This document shows, piece by piece, positions 11,541 to 25,184 of a stretch of DNA of 64,000 nucleotides. The notes under the pieces were generated by a model that did not search any database, had not been told where the DNA came from, and was given only the letters and a program-made list of their open reading frames with translations. The DNA comes from Catajapyx aquilonaris. Taxonomy: Eukaryota. Position numbers and translations under genes: made by a program. Numbering within the stretch: position 1 is the first letter of the stretch; each line of letters opens with the position of its first letter. The DNA is taken from positions 1-64,000 of the forward strand of contig JYFJ02000552.1 of assembly GCA_000934665.2 (NCBI GenBank), in the 5' to 3' direction.

Positions 11541-13670
11541 TCATAAATTGGGCAAAAACAGGTCGTCCAGCCACGAGTCCATGTTCTGGTTTGGTTCCGA
11601 GAACAGGTTTGAGCTTTCCTCCAGACACTGGTAAAATTCCTCGTTGTCCGTCCTGCTCGACGCTTCGTTGTCTCCTGCAGCCGACGAGCTCTCGTCGTTG
11701 CTGCTGTCGTACAGAGACACTGGGCTGTACGTGTACACCATCTCAGGAGGGCTCCTGTCCAGCGAGTTGCCCAGGACGGACAGAAGGTCGTACCTCGGAC
11801 TGGAGTTCCCCTGCTGACTCGGACCCAACAGCACCGACAGGTTGGGGATGTTATAACCCGTGTCATTTGGGCTCGCGTCACTTCCTGTCACTGAGATCTC
11901 AGGGGTGCTCATTTGAACCTGATCCTGGTGGCTCCCAGCCCAGCTATGTCTTTGGGAAGTATCTGATGAGAAATAAACAGGACGCATGTAATTCGATGTA
12001 TAGCATACACTGCAGGTGTTTCTCTAGTTAAAGCGGTAATAATGAACTGAAGATGCTCAATCTAATATAAGCAAACAAAGCTATCCCCAGGTCAATCCCA
12101 ATGTTTATTATGTAAATAAATCTGATGCGCGTACTAACTGATCTGGTCGTCTCCAGCGGCAGAAGCAGCAGCAGTTCCGACGGACAAATGTCGGTTCCTG
12201 TACTTGCGTATGTCGAATTGCGTGTAGGGACTGAGGTTGAGGTGTCCCAATGCCTCCTCCAGTTCTTCGACGTCACCTGGTTGCAGAAACACGTTGTCCT
12301 CCGTGTGCAGGTCGCTTATCTCCTGCAGGTCGCTCAGTTTCGATATGTACTTGGGAAACAAAACGGAGGAATTACGCCGACCGTATCGCCACTCCATGTA
12401 CCTGAAATTGACAAAAAGTTGGTAAGTCGCATCCAATACCCATGGGGGCAAATTAGCCTTACTTTTTGAGTATGAGGATGTATTTCTCCTGCAATGTTGA
12501 GACGCGGGCAGGGTCTGAGAGGCCTTCTCTTTCAGGGCAGAAGACGAGGAGCAGGATGAGGAGCATTATGATGGGTCTGTCTGGTCGAAGCTCCTGCATG
12601 CCCCTGATGAACCTCAGGTTGAGCTCGTATAGTTCAGGCACCAGCAGGCTCTTCAGTCCGTCCATCTCCAAGGCCACGGGGACTATCGCTTCCTATGTTG
12701 AAAGATGAGACACTGATGCTGAGAATGCTCATAGAGCTACTGCTTGGATGATGCTGCTTACCTGCTCTCCCGTGTGCAGGTACTGCGGTATGACATAGTA
12801 GTCCTTGTCCTTGTCATATGCGAGGGAACCAACCAGGAGACAAATCTCGAGCACAGCTGCTCGGATGAGGATCTGCTGGTCCTCTGGAGACAACGTGGCG
12901 AAAGATGGCATCATTTTCACCACGTGGTTGTATCTCAGGATCACCTTCGTGAACATGTGCGTCACCTGAAATAATTATTCACACTTTTTTTTTGGCTGAA
13001 CTATTTCGGGACCAGAGCAACTTATGTGAGAGGTTATTTCACAGCAAATGAAAATGTCAATCACCCTTTTACAGTATTTCTTCCCAAATTGTGTCAGATG
13101 AATGAACTGACCCTTTGCCCCCTCCTGGTCTCTTCATCGAAGGGGTACTCCCTTATGGACTCGGTGACCTTTGCCAGAAGGTACTGGATAACCATCTGCT
13201 CCTCCTTGTCCAGGAACTCCGGAAGCATCTTGGTGTCCGGGACGTGCGGCTCCAGCGTCCTCTTTCTGACGGACACCACCACCTGCGAGGACAGTCTCTT
13301 CTTCTCCAGCCTGGCTTTGAACCTCTTCCTCTCCTCCTCTCCCATCACCCATCCAGGTTCCATCCCTATGCTCAAACACTTTTGGAACCTGCACTTCTTG
13401 CACCTCTTTCTCCTCATCAGGGTTATCTGTCACCGTAAGATAATAGGGCTTGCTTTACTGGGCATGCAACCTAATATCACTTACCTCGCAGTTATTTCCG
13501 AACGTGCACACGTACGACTTGTACGTGTCGCCATGGACAGCTCTGAGGAAAAAGGCTTTGCAGCTGTCGCAGGAGAGTCCTCCGAAGTGGAAGCTCTTGG
13601 CTCGATCCCCGCACACGCCGCATATCTTGACAGGCTTCTCCGAATGGACAACACCGTATTTACCTGCCAT
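11541..13670 (-). CDS. Nuclear hormone receptor NR-A, NR1 family (HR96/HR97-like), about 539 aa
   Basis: Exons 13670-13485, 13426-13112, 12965-12762, 12692-12463, 12401-12139 and 11962-11541, in phase. C4 DBD CGVCGDRAKSFHFGGLSCDSCKAFFLR...CKKCRFQKCLSIGM; LBD signature KMMPSFATLSPEDQQILI; acidic tail. Confidence 0.9.
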
Positions 13671-13875
13671 TGTTGACCTGGCTAACTGGCCATGTGAGCC
13701 TGACGAGTGACGACCAAGAGTGTGAGTCGAGCTGTGGCCAGGCGTATTTGGCACAGCAGCCTAGCCCATGACGCCACTACGAAAGATAAAAAAAGGACGA
13801 TAACAACAACTACAAGATAACGCACGTAAGTGATTATCTATCTAGCAGTTTATTCAGTCTCGATCAATCAGAGTG

Positions 13876-16083
13876 TTAAATGTTTGGCGGCAACAGCAAG
13901 TCATCTATCCAAGCAAGGTCGCCCTCAAGGACACCTTTGTCCTCCAAAGTTTCTTGCTTCAGTTCAGGACAGCTTTGCAAGTCATGGAACCAGCTCTCCT
14001 CGCGGAATTCAGGAGTGTTTATGGATCCTTCGGACGAGCTCGTTGTGACGGAATGATGCGCACTGGTGTCCTCTTGGTCGTATAAGAATCCGAAATAGAG
14101 AGACGGGTCACTAGGACCAAATGGATCATCGCAAAGAATTGATCCATCAGGCGCAATGGCTGCAGGATAGTCGATGGGAGATGTTGATTCCTCAGGAGGA
14201 GGAGAGGCGGTTGGGTCGGATTGGAAAGGGCAAAGGGCATCTGTCTGTTGCGATTCACACGATGCATCTGCGGGAAGAAACACAGATTAAAGTTGTTTTT
14301 AAACTGCACATGAGCAAAGACAAGGGCATCCGTATCGCCTTTCAGTGTCATCATCTCTAGAGTCGAAAAGCGGACTTGATGCGAGGCAAAGAAGCTACCG
14401 GTAGCTTTGATATGAGCCTCTCGAGAGTTTAAACCATTCCCAACTGATGGAAGTGTATTATTTGTTACCATTGATTCCGGGCGACACGGGCCCATCAGCT
14501 CCGTACTTGCTGATGTCAATATGCTTGTAAGGGTTGAGACTGAGTTGTCCCAGCTTCTCCTGCAGTTCTTCCACGTCTCCTGGACCCAGACGCACGTGCT
14601 CTTCGGTGTAGTAGTCGCTCAGCTCCTGCAGGTCACTCAGTTTGGTCAGGAATTTGGGGAACAGCGTGGTTGCTGCACTTGCGCCGTACCGCCACACAGT
14701 GTACCTTTGTTCAGAATGAAGAGAGTGGAGCGGATCACTTTTGTGAGGAATTCCCATCATCACAGCTTACTTCTTCATGATGATGATGAACTTCTCCTGC
14801 AGGGCGGAGACTCTGGCAGGATCGGACAGCCCTTGTCGTTCGGGACAGCAGAGGACCAGGATGCCCATCAGCAACAGGATTCTGGCGTCGGGTTTCAACT
14901 CTTGGAAACCGCGGATGAATCGCAAGTTCTTCTCGTAGAGTTCGGGTGACATGATTTTCTTCATTTCCTCAACTTCCATCGGGACAGGAACTATCGCTTC
15001 CTGTTTTAGACAAATAGAAAATCAGTGAGTGATTCTTACTATAATCTGCATTCGAACCATTCTCTCTCTTATTCGCGTATGATCGAAGCAGTCCATTACC
15101 TCATTGTCCGACTTGGTGTACTCGTAGAGCAGATAGGTGTTACTGTCCTGGGCATAGGCACTGGCACCTGTGAGCAGGTACACTTCCAGTATTGCTTCTC
15201 GCATGAGTATGAGTTGGTCGTGTGCAGGCAGCGAAGCGAACGCAGGCAGGTTCCGGTTAACATGGATGCATCTCAGAACCACATTCACGAACACGTGCGT
15301 TGCCTGGAGTTAACGACAAGGCAACATGTTATTAGCAAATAACAAGTATCGTTCAGTAAGCACTGTCCATTCTAAAGAATTTTTTGTGTCACCAGAATGT
15401 GTTTCTGAATATGACCCACTGCACTCTGTTACCTTCTCTCCTTTTCGAGATGCAATGGCGAAAGGGTACTGTCGTATGGCATCTTTGAGGTTCTCTATCA
15501 ATGTCCTGACTGCATGTCTTTCTTCGTGGTTTAGGAATTCAGGGAGCCCAACCTTCTTCGGAGATGCGTCCAACGACCTTTTGGCCTCCTTCTTGGCCTT
15601 GAGTTTCTGCCTGTCCTCCTCGGACATGACCCACCTCACTTCCATCCCGTTCTTCAGGCACTTCTGGAACCGGCATTGCTGACATCCTCTTCTCTGGAAC
15701 ACCGATATCTGCCGAGAGAATATATATGCAGGGATACGAATATCATTGAACATAAATGGCATCAGAAGGACACATTGTGCGTACTTCGCATTTTCCGTTA
15801 TAGGCACATATGAATGTCTTGTAGGCTTCGTTCTGAACCGATCGCCTGAAGAAGGCCTTACAACTGTTGCAGGAGAAGCCTCCAAAGTGAAGGCTCTTGG
15901 CAAGGTCCCCGCACACGCCGCAAGCCTTCTTCTGGGTCCTTTCTAGCGACTGATAACCACGTAACGGGGAACTACCTGGATGGAGAGGGGTTTGCGTTAC
16001 TAAGCGTGACGTTTTCAATGGTGGTAAGAGATGGAACAGCACGTGACGAAATGCTCACAGATAGCTGGGGATTTCTTCCACAT
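13876..16083 (-). CDS. Nuclear hormone receptor NR-B, NR1 family (HR96/HR97-like), about 525 aa
   Basis: Exons 16083-16059, 15999(or 15975)-15785, 15708-15433, 15303-15100, 15000-14771, 14704-14469 and 14267-13876. DBD CGVCGDLAKSLHFGGFSCNSCKAFFRR; LBD RNLPAFASLPAHDQLILM. Confidence 0.9.
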
Positions 16084-16493
16084 CTGGGTTTTGTCAGCTG
16101 ATATCTTACACTGACAAGCAATAGCTCACATGCTCAACACAAAACGTATGGCAAGACCATTACGTCGCGTATGGGGATATAGTTTGTCTGGATCTGATGC
16201 GCTTATCGCATGCTTATCAAGCTCCGGCTTTTTATCACGTTACACTCTTTATTGGAAGTAGATAATGCCATCCAGTGTTAACTTTGCCTTCTAATTTTCA
16301 TACCTTGGCCTACTGAGCTGAAAATTGCCATTGCATTAATGTATGCAATGGTGATCAAAGTTTATCATAATGGATATTAAAAATTCATCGTGAATGTATT
16401 GTTTCAAACTATGAAGGGTAAAGAGTAAACTTCAGGCATGAAATTGCAATAACCAACGTAAGGCCATACCCAAGTAAGCCAAACAAATCACGT

Positions 16494-18555
16494 TTATTGT
16501 TTAAGTATTGGTAAGAACAAGTCGTCGATCCAGGCAAGATCGTGGTCTTCTACCAGCTGTCGATCTTGATGTGCAATCGTCGTCTCCTCAGGACACGAGT
16601 CCACCTGAACAGAATTTAGGATGTCTTGAAACCAACTATCCTCCCGAACATCAGGAGTGTTGATGGCACCATGTTCCTGATGACAGCATTTCTTCCCATC
16701 ATCTTCTGTGCATCCTCCTTTATCTATCTCCTTACTGTCGGCATCATGTTGCCCACTGCTCGAGTAAAACGAGCAGGCAGAGAGGGAGTTGTCCAGGTCT
16801 TCCAGCAGCAGCAAGGAGTCGTCCGGTACGCAACAGTCTTTGCTAGAGCCATCAGGATCGAGTTGGCCGATGATGTCTTGTAATGTCAACTGGTCACAGG
16901 AGGCACCTGCTCAGTGATATTCCAACCTGAGCCACAGCAGTACATTTCAACAAGAATAGAAGCATCAACTGACCTGTGCTGAAGTGTGCCTGTTGATGTC
17001 TGGTCTCCTGGTAGTGATCGATGTCGAACTGTGTGTACGGGTTGAGGTTGACTCTTCCAAACTTGTCGATTATCTCTTCTACATCCCCTGGCTCCAGATG
17101 CACATTCTCTTCTGTGCAGGAGTCGCTCAGCTCCTGCAGGTCGCACAGTTTGGACAGGTACTTGGGGAACAGCAAAGAAGAGTTGCACCTGCCATGACGC
17201 CAATCGATATACCTATAGAGCAGAAGAGGGATGAAGTAGAATACAGCTTGGGCACTATGACTCAGGAAGAAGCTGGTATAGGATTTAAGAAAATGCCTAA
17301 GGAAATTGTTACGCATCACTTTTTGAGTATCTGGGCGTATTTGTCCTGTAGGACAGCTATTCTGTCAGGATCGCTGAGGCCTTCTCTCTCCGGACAAAAG
17401 AGGATCAGGAGATCCAGGAGCAGGACGATGGGCATGTCCGCCTTCAGCTCCTGCATCCCCGCCAGAAAAGACAGGTACAGCTCGTACAGCTCAGGGGACA
17501 TTATCCTCTTCATCTCGTCCACCTTCATCGGGACTTGGACTATGGATCCCTGATGGCAAATGCACAAAATAACAGTAGCACACCATGAATCATCATGCAG
17601 AGTATTATTGTTGCCTATACCTCCGCGTCACTCTTGACGTATTGGAGAAGAAAGTATGTGTCGGTGCCCCTGTCGTAGGCGCAGACCCCAGTCATGATAA
17701 ATATCTCTAGGATGGCTGGCTTCAGGAGGATTTTTTGGTCTTGTAGTGGAAGGGAGCCAAACGAAGGCAGCTTTCGTAGCACATGTTTGCACCGAAGGAT
17801 CATCTGAGACAGAACGTGCGTCGCCTGAGGAATATATAGGTTGGACTATATTATTAGACAGAGAGGGGGGAGAAGAGAGAGAGAGAGAGTACAACTTGCC
17901 CTCTGTCCCTTCCTGGTATCCTCCGTGTACGGGTAGCATCGAATAGCTTCTTCGATATGATGTAACATGCATCGCACGACCGACTGCTCCTCTTCGTTCA
18001 GGTACTCGGGTATCTTGGACACCTCTGGAGAGTATGGCCCTATCTCCGACGCTGCCGACGACGACTCCGACGTCGCCCTTTTGGCCACTCTCTTGGCCTT
18101 CATCCTCTCCTTCTCTTCCTCCGTCATCAGCCAACCAGGCTCCATACCAATGCTGCGACACTTGGCAAACCGGCATCCCTTGCACAACTTCCTGCTAGGC
18201 ACTGTTATCTGGAATGCAATGCATGCTTGCAAAATAATAATTCGCACATTTTAAATGAAGTTGCAGTCCTATATACCTCACACCTTCCGTCTTTGATGCA
18301 GGCGAAGGACTTGTATGCCCCGTGTCTGACTGCTCTCCTGAAGAAGGCCTTGCAGCTGTTGCAACACACTCCTCCGAAGTGGTAGCTGTAAGCAATGTCC
18401 CCACACACCCCACATGGTTTCGGGTTCTCTACTCCAACACGGGGTGGACTGCAGATCTCGCCTGAATAAAAGGGGCTATCATGAGATATATCAGATCAGA
18501 CATCAGAGGGAATCAAAAAGGTCCACATACCAACAGGTGTAAATTTTCTCCACAT
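16494..18555 (-). CDS. Nuclear hormone receptor NR-C, NR1 family (HR96/HR97-like), about 534 aa
   Basis: Exons 18555-18531, 18461-18277, 18208-17900 (GC donor), 17824-17621, 17549-17320, 17212-16974 and 16906-16494. DBD CGVCGDIAYSYHFGGVCCNSCKAFFRR; LBD RKLPSFGSLPLQDQKILL. Confidence 0.9.
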
Positions 18556-19513
18556 AGCTTTAGGTGTCAGGAGTGACAAGGTACACCCAAATAATTCAGT
18601 CCTCAGAAGTATAGAAACTGCTGATACATCAAGTTGCGTCCCAGTTCAGGCGTGGCTCGAATGTTACACTTGCTTAGCTGCTATCTCGCCACTGCGCTCG
18701 AGATATCGTCGCGATAACAATGTGATAACACCAGTGGCCCATTACGGTCACACCAAGCAAATATGGATGTAATATTACTGTATAATTATAACACATTTTA
18801 CTGTCGGCTATACGTGTAGTGCTATATCCCTCACATGGATGGCGCATCTTCCCTCTCTGCACCCTATATACTGCATTATTCATTTTCCAGCAATAAATTC
18901 ATCCCTTTTGAGATTCCTGGTCCATTGTGACGTATAGGGTTCCAAATTTCCAAAAAGGACACAGCTGCTGCTATGTATTGGCTATATCAAGAGCTAATGG
19001 CTATATGCAATGCATACGTACTGTACGTACAGTTTAATGGATATTCCTTTTTACTTCACGATAACCGAAGTACCTACACAAATTACCAAATTATTGTACT
19101 TAACACTTAACACTTAAAGCACCTAAAAATGTAAAATAAATCAAACGTGTTTTATAATGAGCTGAAGTTGAAAAATATTTGTAAAATGCAGTAGAAAATA
19201 TTATAAAACTGATGCTATTTTGTGGTAGACCTGTTCAGTGTTCTGAAATAAATTTTCAAAACGTATACTGATGACATTGCAGTAGGCCTACCTGGCTGGT
19301 GTAAATGGAGCCAATAAAAATACGTCAGCGGTTAATAATTTGTGACCTTCAGTTCCCGAACTTTTCAGCAGTTCTAGTACAGCCCAGAAAATTTATTTAA
19401 TAGCACAGTACAAGTATATTTCTTGTCAGTCATTATAAGCCTGTCTTGCTGTGAATCTGGCGCCCTTATTCTTTACCATAAGTACATGTGAGAGAGAGCA
19501 GGAGTATATCGAA

Positions 19514-19580
19514 GTAACGCAGTGGTCTAGTGGTTAAGACGCTCTCCTCGTAACCTGAAGGTTGAAGGATCGAATCCTGA
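19514..19580 (+). repeat. tRNA-derived sequence (SINE head or tRNA pseudogene)
   Basis: A-box-like TGGTCTAGTGG (19523-19533) and B-box-like GGATCGAATCC (19567-19577). No intact acceptor stem seen. Confidence 0.45.
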
Positions 19581-19716
19581 AAAAGAAAAGACGTCGTTTC
19601 ATTTTTATCGCTGTAACTTTCTCTCTGCCTTACTTTACTTCGCATTTCTCATTTATTTCTCTTTGAAGTGCATCTGGTAAATAGGCTAGACCCTTCCAAC
19701 ACACACACTCTCGGTG

Positions 19717-19790
19717 CACCAGAGCGTGGTTCTGAGGTAGCGCATCGGACTCTCAATCGGGAGATGCGGGTTCAAATCCCGGATCTCCTT
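19717..19790 (+). repeat. Second tRNA-derived sequence
   Basis: A-box-like TGGTTCTGAGG (19728-19738) and B-box GGTTCAAATCC (19769-19779) at tRNA-like spacing. Confidence 0.4.
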
Positions 19791-19913
19791 GGTTGAGAGT
19801 CAGAAAAAAAAAAATTTGCAGCCGACATCTCTGGCCAAGATGGCGGCTGTTTCTTCGCAGTTTCCCCAACACTTCTTCAGAGGTGTGACAGGGAAGAGGG
19901 GAGAAAATTTTTT

Positions 19914-21122
19914 GGAAATTTTTAAGACACCTGCTTAATGGGAGGGGGCGGTCACTTTTTTCGAAGAAAAAAGTCAAAAATATAAAAAGTCAATTAAATG
20001 ATCAAGTGGCTTCGCTTGTGTTGTCCATCCCGGCAGCCCCCACCCTACGCACCCCATAGTCCCTACATTTGTCTTATACCTGGGTGTTCCATTCTCAAAC
20101 CTATCACCCCTCCAAATATTTAACCCTACAATTTAAACTATAGGTCCTATTAAATCACCAGCACATGCAAATGATTCGGCACAATTTTTAGGTCAATTCC
20201 AATGTATTGTTGCAGCCTGACCTTTGACCTGAAAGGCCCTAATATTAGGTTTTTGGTCAGGGGCCAGGCCCTACCTCGGTCTCCATCTGTCGGATCTCTC
20301 GTAATGAGACTGTACAGAGCACAGTAGGCTACATGCTGCACAGTAGTATGCCCCTAGCTAGCCAAATGTAGCAGTCCGCCTCTCCTGCTGGCAAGCGGGG
20401 CGGGGGTGGAAAGGGGGGAATATGGAAGGTCATAGAGAGAGACAGGAAGGTGACCAAGCCTACACGAAAATTCGCCTATCTACGTAAAACCGGGTCGACG
20501 ATCCGCTCGTCTCCTCCCACAGCAGAAGCGGGTGGGGATTTATTATTTTATTAATCCATAGAGCAATGCCACGAAGCAGTTGATGCCGAATGTCCGTCCT
20601 GATGACCCCAAGGAGGTGACGATGACCACTCGCCTACGTCACCTTCATACCAACTACGTTGGCTAGGTCATATACTACTATACTTCGCATCGAGAGATAT
20701 ACTGTATATCTATGTACTGTGCTCTGTACAGTCTCATTACGAGAGATCCGACAGATGGAGACGGAGGTAGGGTCTGCCCCCAGACCAAAAACCTAATACT
20801 AGGGCCTTTAAGGTCAAAGGTCAGGCTGCAACAAACCATTGAAAATGCCCTAAAAAGTGTGCTGATTAATTTGCATGTGCTGCTGATTTGACGGGACCTA
20901 TAGTTTAAATTGTAGGGTTAAATATTTGGAGGGGTGATAGGTTTGAGAATGGAACTCCCTAAGACAAATGTAGTCACTATGGGGTGTGTAGGGTGGGGGT
21001 TGCCGGGATGGACAACACAAGCGAAGCCACTTGAACATGTTACAGACTTTTTATTTTTTTGACTTTTTTCTTCGAAAAAAGTGACCGCCCCCTCCCATTA
21101 AGCAGGTGTCTTAAAAATTTCC
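19914..21122. repeat. Long inverted repeat (about 410-bp arms, 390-bp spacer), likely a non-autonomous element
   Basis: Arm 19914-20326 is the diverged reverse complement of 20715-21122, e.g. ttaagacacctgcttaatgggagggggcggtcacttttttcgaag versus its mirror at 21070-21114. Confidence 0.85.
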
Positions 21123-21689
21123 GAACTTCTACCCGTAGAAATTTTGATGACCTTTTCCTGATCCAGCACTGACACGTGATCACAGGAGGGGTAAAGAAAT
21201 CTCAAACTCCTGATCCAATTGATTGCCATGTTCATCTCTAAAGAATAATATTTCTGAACTGTTATTGCGCCAGTTGATTCTTGTGCTCCAATCGGCTCCA
21301 ACACTCTTCGGCTTGGACGCTGACCTCACCTGGGTCTCCACTGTTGCTTTGAAATATGTTATTGGAGTGTTGGAAAGCAAGCAGAGTTGCTACCTTGTGC
21401 ACAACATTCCCAACCCTGGATTTCATGACCATTCCTGCAATTTTGTCTTGTACTAATATTGGCAGTGATGGTTTGAAGCCCTAAATTACTGTAGTTGAGA
21501 CAAGAAATAATTTACCGCCTGAATTTATTTTCAAAACCTTCACAAAGTCGCAAAGTGCAATGGTATAATCGAATCAGTTATTACAAAAAGGGCTTAAGTC
21601 CACTGATCTAGAGGAATAAATTATTATGCTTGTCCCTGAAATATTTGGTACTTACAACACAAGATAATTCATGCGAGTTTTATTATTTT

Positions 21690-24001
21690 TTACACATTTG
21701 GTAGGAACATGTCATCGATCCAGGAAAGATCACTGTCATCCGCCAACTGTCGATTGTGATGTACAGTCATTGTCTTGTTGGGACACACATCCACATGAAC
21801 AGAGTTTTTCAGATCGAGGAACCAACTCTCCTCCCGAACATCAGGAGTGTTCACAGCCTCATCTTCCTGATGAGGGCATTTCCTCATCTCATCTCCTGTG
21901 CATCCTCCTTTATCTGGCGCCTTACTGATAGTTTCATTTTGTTCATCGCTATCATTGTTGAAGTGTTTAGAGTAAAATGAGGAGGCAGAGAGGGAGTGGT
22001 CCAGGTCTTCCAGCAGCAGCGAGGTATAGTCCGGTACGCAACAAGCTTTGCTCGAGCCAGGATCCAGTTCCTTGATGATGTCTTGCAATGTCAGTTCGTC
22101 GCAGGAGGCACCTGCGCAGTGAGATTCCAAGCTGAGCCACACAGCAGTACATTTCAACAAGAATATAGAAGCACTGACCTGTGCTGCAGTTTGCCTGTTG
22201 ATGTCTGGTCTCCTTGTAGTGGTCTATGTCGAACTGTGTGTACGGGTTGAGGTTGACTCTGCCCAGCTTGTCGATTATCTCTTCCACATCGCCTGGCTCC
22301 AGATGCACATTCTCTTCTGTGCAGGAATCACTCAGCACCTGCAAGTCGCACAGTTTGGACAGGTACTTGGGGAACAGGAGGGAAGAGTTGCGTCTGCCGT
22401 GGCGCCAATCAATGTACCTGGAGCAGAAGGACACAGATAATTCTGGAGAATGGAAGGGCACTCATTGTATTTGCGAAAGTTGCATTATGATGTAAATGCA
22501 GCCTCACTTTTTGAGGAGAAGGATGTACTTGTCCTGCAGGGCAGCTACTCTTTCAGGGTCACTGAGGCCCTCCCTATCTGGGCAGAAGATGATGATGAGG
22601 CCAAGTATGAAAATGATGGGCAGGTCAGCCTTCATCTCCTGCATCCCAGCCAGGAAGGACAGGTACTGCTCATACAGCTCAGAGGACATTATCCTCTTCA
22701 TCTCCTCGACCTTCATCGGAACTTGGACTATGGATTCCTGAAGATGAAAAATGTGGGCTTACCGATTCATATGAGATCAGTAATTCAGTATTGGAACCCT
22801 CAAAGATGTTTTGTTATACCTGTGCGTCACTCTTGACAGATTGAAACAAGAGGTACGTGTCAGTGTCTCTGTCATAGGCTCTGACGCCTGTCAAGATGAA
22901 TATCTCCAAGGCAGCTGGCTTCAGGAGTATTTTTTGGTCTTCCACGGGTAGGCAGGCAAAAGGAGGTAGGCTTCGAAACACATGCTTGCACCTAAGGATC
23001 ATGTTCGACACCACATGGGTCGCCTGTGGAATGTATGCAATCTTAGTGCTGAAAACCGCTTAAGAAACCCCAAAATGTCGTCAAGAAGAATGCTTCTGAA
23101 TTCCTCCGAGGTTCTACTTTAGCCATTTAACATGCATAAACTTCGATATCTGTGGCTTTACCATAAATATTCATTCACCCTGAATAAGTCATATTTTGAT
23201 ATCTTCGTGTTTTTTTTCGTCATACTATTTTCATTCTTTTCTACTTGATTTTCACCCTGAGTAGACCTACTGTAGCTGAAATATTTTTAGAAGTCCTTTA
23301 GGATTCATATGATAATTATTATTTTCATAGATTCTCATAACTGCTGTATAGTGGCCAACTTGCCCTCTGTCCCTTCCTGGTCTCCTCCATGTATGGGTAG
23401 CACCGAATGGCTTCTTCGATATTGAGTAACATGCATCGCACAACCAACTGTTCCTCTTCATTCAAGTACTCGGGTATCTTCGACACATCTGGACAGTATG
23501 GCACCTCCTCCAACGACGACTCGGACATGGCCCTCTTGGCCACTCTCTTGGCCTTCATCCTCTCCATCTCTTCCTCCGTCATCAACCAACCTGGCTCCAT
23601 ACCAATGCTGCGACACTGGGCGAACCGGCATCCCTTGCACAACTTCCTGCTAGACACTGTCATCTGGAATGCATTCTTCTAAGTAATTTGCATTGGAATT
23701 AAGTTGCAGGCCTACCTCACACTTTCCGCCTTTGATGCAGATGAAGGATTTGTATGCCCCATGTCTGACTGCTCTCCTGAAGAAGGCCTTGCAGCTGTTG
23801 CAGGACACTCCTCCAAAGTGATGACAGTAAGCAATGTCACCGCACACCCCACATGGTTTTGGGTTCTCTATGCCAACACGGGGTGGACTGCAGACCTCAT
23901 CTGAATTTTTTAAGAAGGGCTATAATGAGACGTCCGGCCAGATCATGAAGTGAGAAATTACATACTAATCAGCACTTACTGACAGATATTCTCCGCAGCA
24001 T
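21690..24001 (-). CDS. Nuclear hormone receptor NR-D, NR1 family (HR96/HR97-like), about 533 aa; closest paralog of NR-C
   Basis: Exons 24001-23980, 23900-23716, 23663-23364 (GC donor), 23023-22820, 22737-22508, 22417-22179 and 22111-21690. DBD CGVCGDIAYCHHFGGVSCNSCKAFFRR. Confidence 0.9.
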
Positions 24002-25184
24002 CTCTCTACACACTTTGAAGAAATGCAATGGGCACAGTACTGTTACCGACTGCCGGGGGGAAATAATGCAAATCCTCAGGAGCAACTGCTGATGTAGAAA
24101 ATGCTGCCACAGTGGGTTATCTTTGGTTATGTGCCTACAACTACTGAAATACTATCTTGTCTTGTGATATCCCAATGTGATAACATGTGATTGACTTGTG
24201 TCTTGAATTCCACTGGCTCATGCCTTCCCAGATTGTGGTAGTACGTGGATCAAGTTCACAATCCAATAATATATCCAATAATAGACTTTGAGATTGTCAG
24301 TTATTATTGGTCTATTATTTCCTCACCACGCATACAATAGCAAAGAGGCAAAAGTGCTTATTATCATTTGCATTAATTTAAATGATAGTCTCTAACAATG
24401 AAGGCTTGAATCCCCCTCTTGGTGCAAGAGTCTGGTTTCTTGAACCCATGCCAAAGGAATCTCTTCTTCTTTTCCTTGAATAACAGGGATCTACACAATA
24501 TATTCGCCAAATAAAGTGAGGTGAACCATTTCCTCAAGAAAAATGCAAAAAAATATATCAGAGAAAACTGTCAAATATCAAATATATTGGGTACCTTATT
24601 ATTTTACAATAATTGAGCAAACTCCTTTTTCCACAGTTCATAATAATTGCACATTGTTTTGATAATACCGTACTTTTATCTACTGTACTTGTATGTACAC
24701 AGTTTAATGTCACGTGAAGAATTTTATTACCACACTTGATATCATACTGAGCTGTTTGTCACTGTACATTACCAGAGCACCAGGTAATAATGTTCATTAC
24801 ATAGGCGTTGATGGCAACCCCAACAATAAATTCTAAGTGCAACAATCCACAACACCAGTAATGAAGTGCTCTACTAGGGGATTGGGTGGAGTTAATATCT
24901 GCCAGTAATTGCCTGGTTGATAATTCAATTTACACTCTACCTGTATCTCTTACGTTAGCAGCAACTGACAGTTGTTCCACCTTATTTCTGTGGTGATATA
25001 GAGAGACAAGAGAGATCTCATGCACTAACAAATGGGAACCATCTGAAGCATTCCGAACAGAGACAGAGAGCAGGCAATCAGAAGCACATCCTGCAAGAGC
25101 TGCACGAGGTTGGATGCTCAGGTTGTTCCCATTTAAGGCACTTACAAGGTCATATTTCGAACTTTGCCAGTATTTTTAATACTC

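Noticed and set aside
19514..19790. Functional tRNA genes
   Set aside because: A and B boxes are present but I could not pair acceptor stems; treated as tRNA-derived repeats pending tRNAscan-SE.
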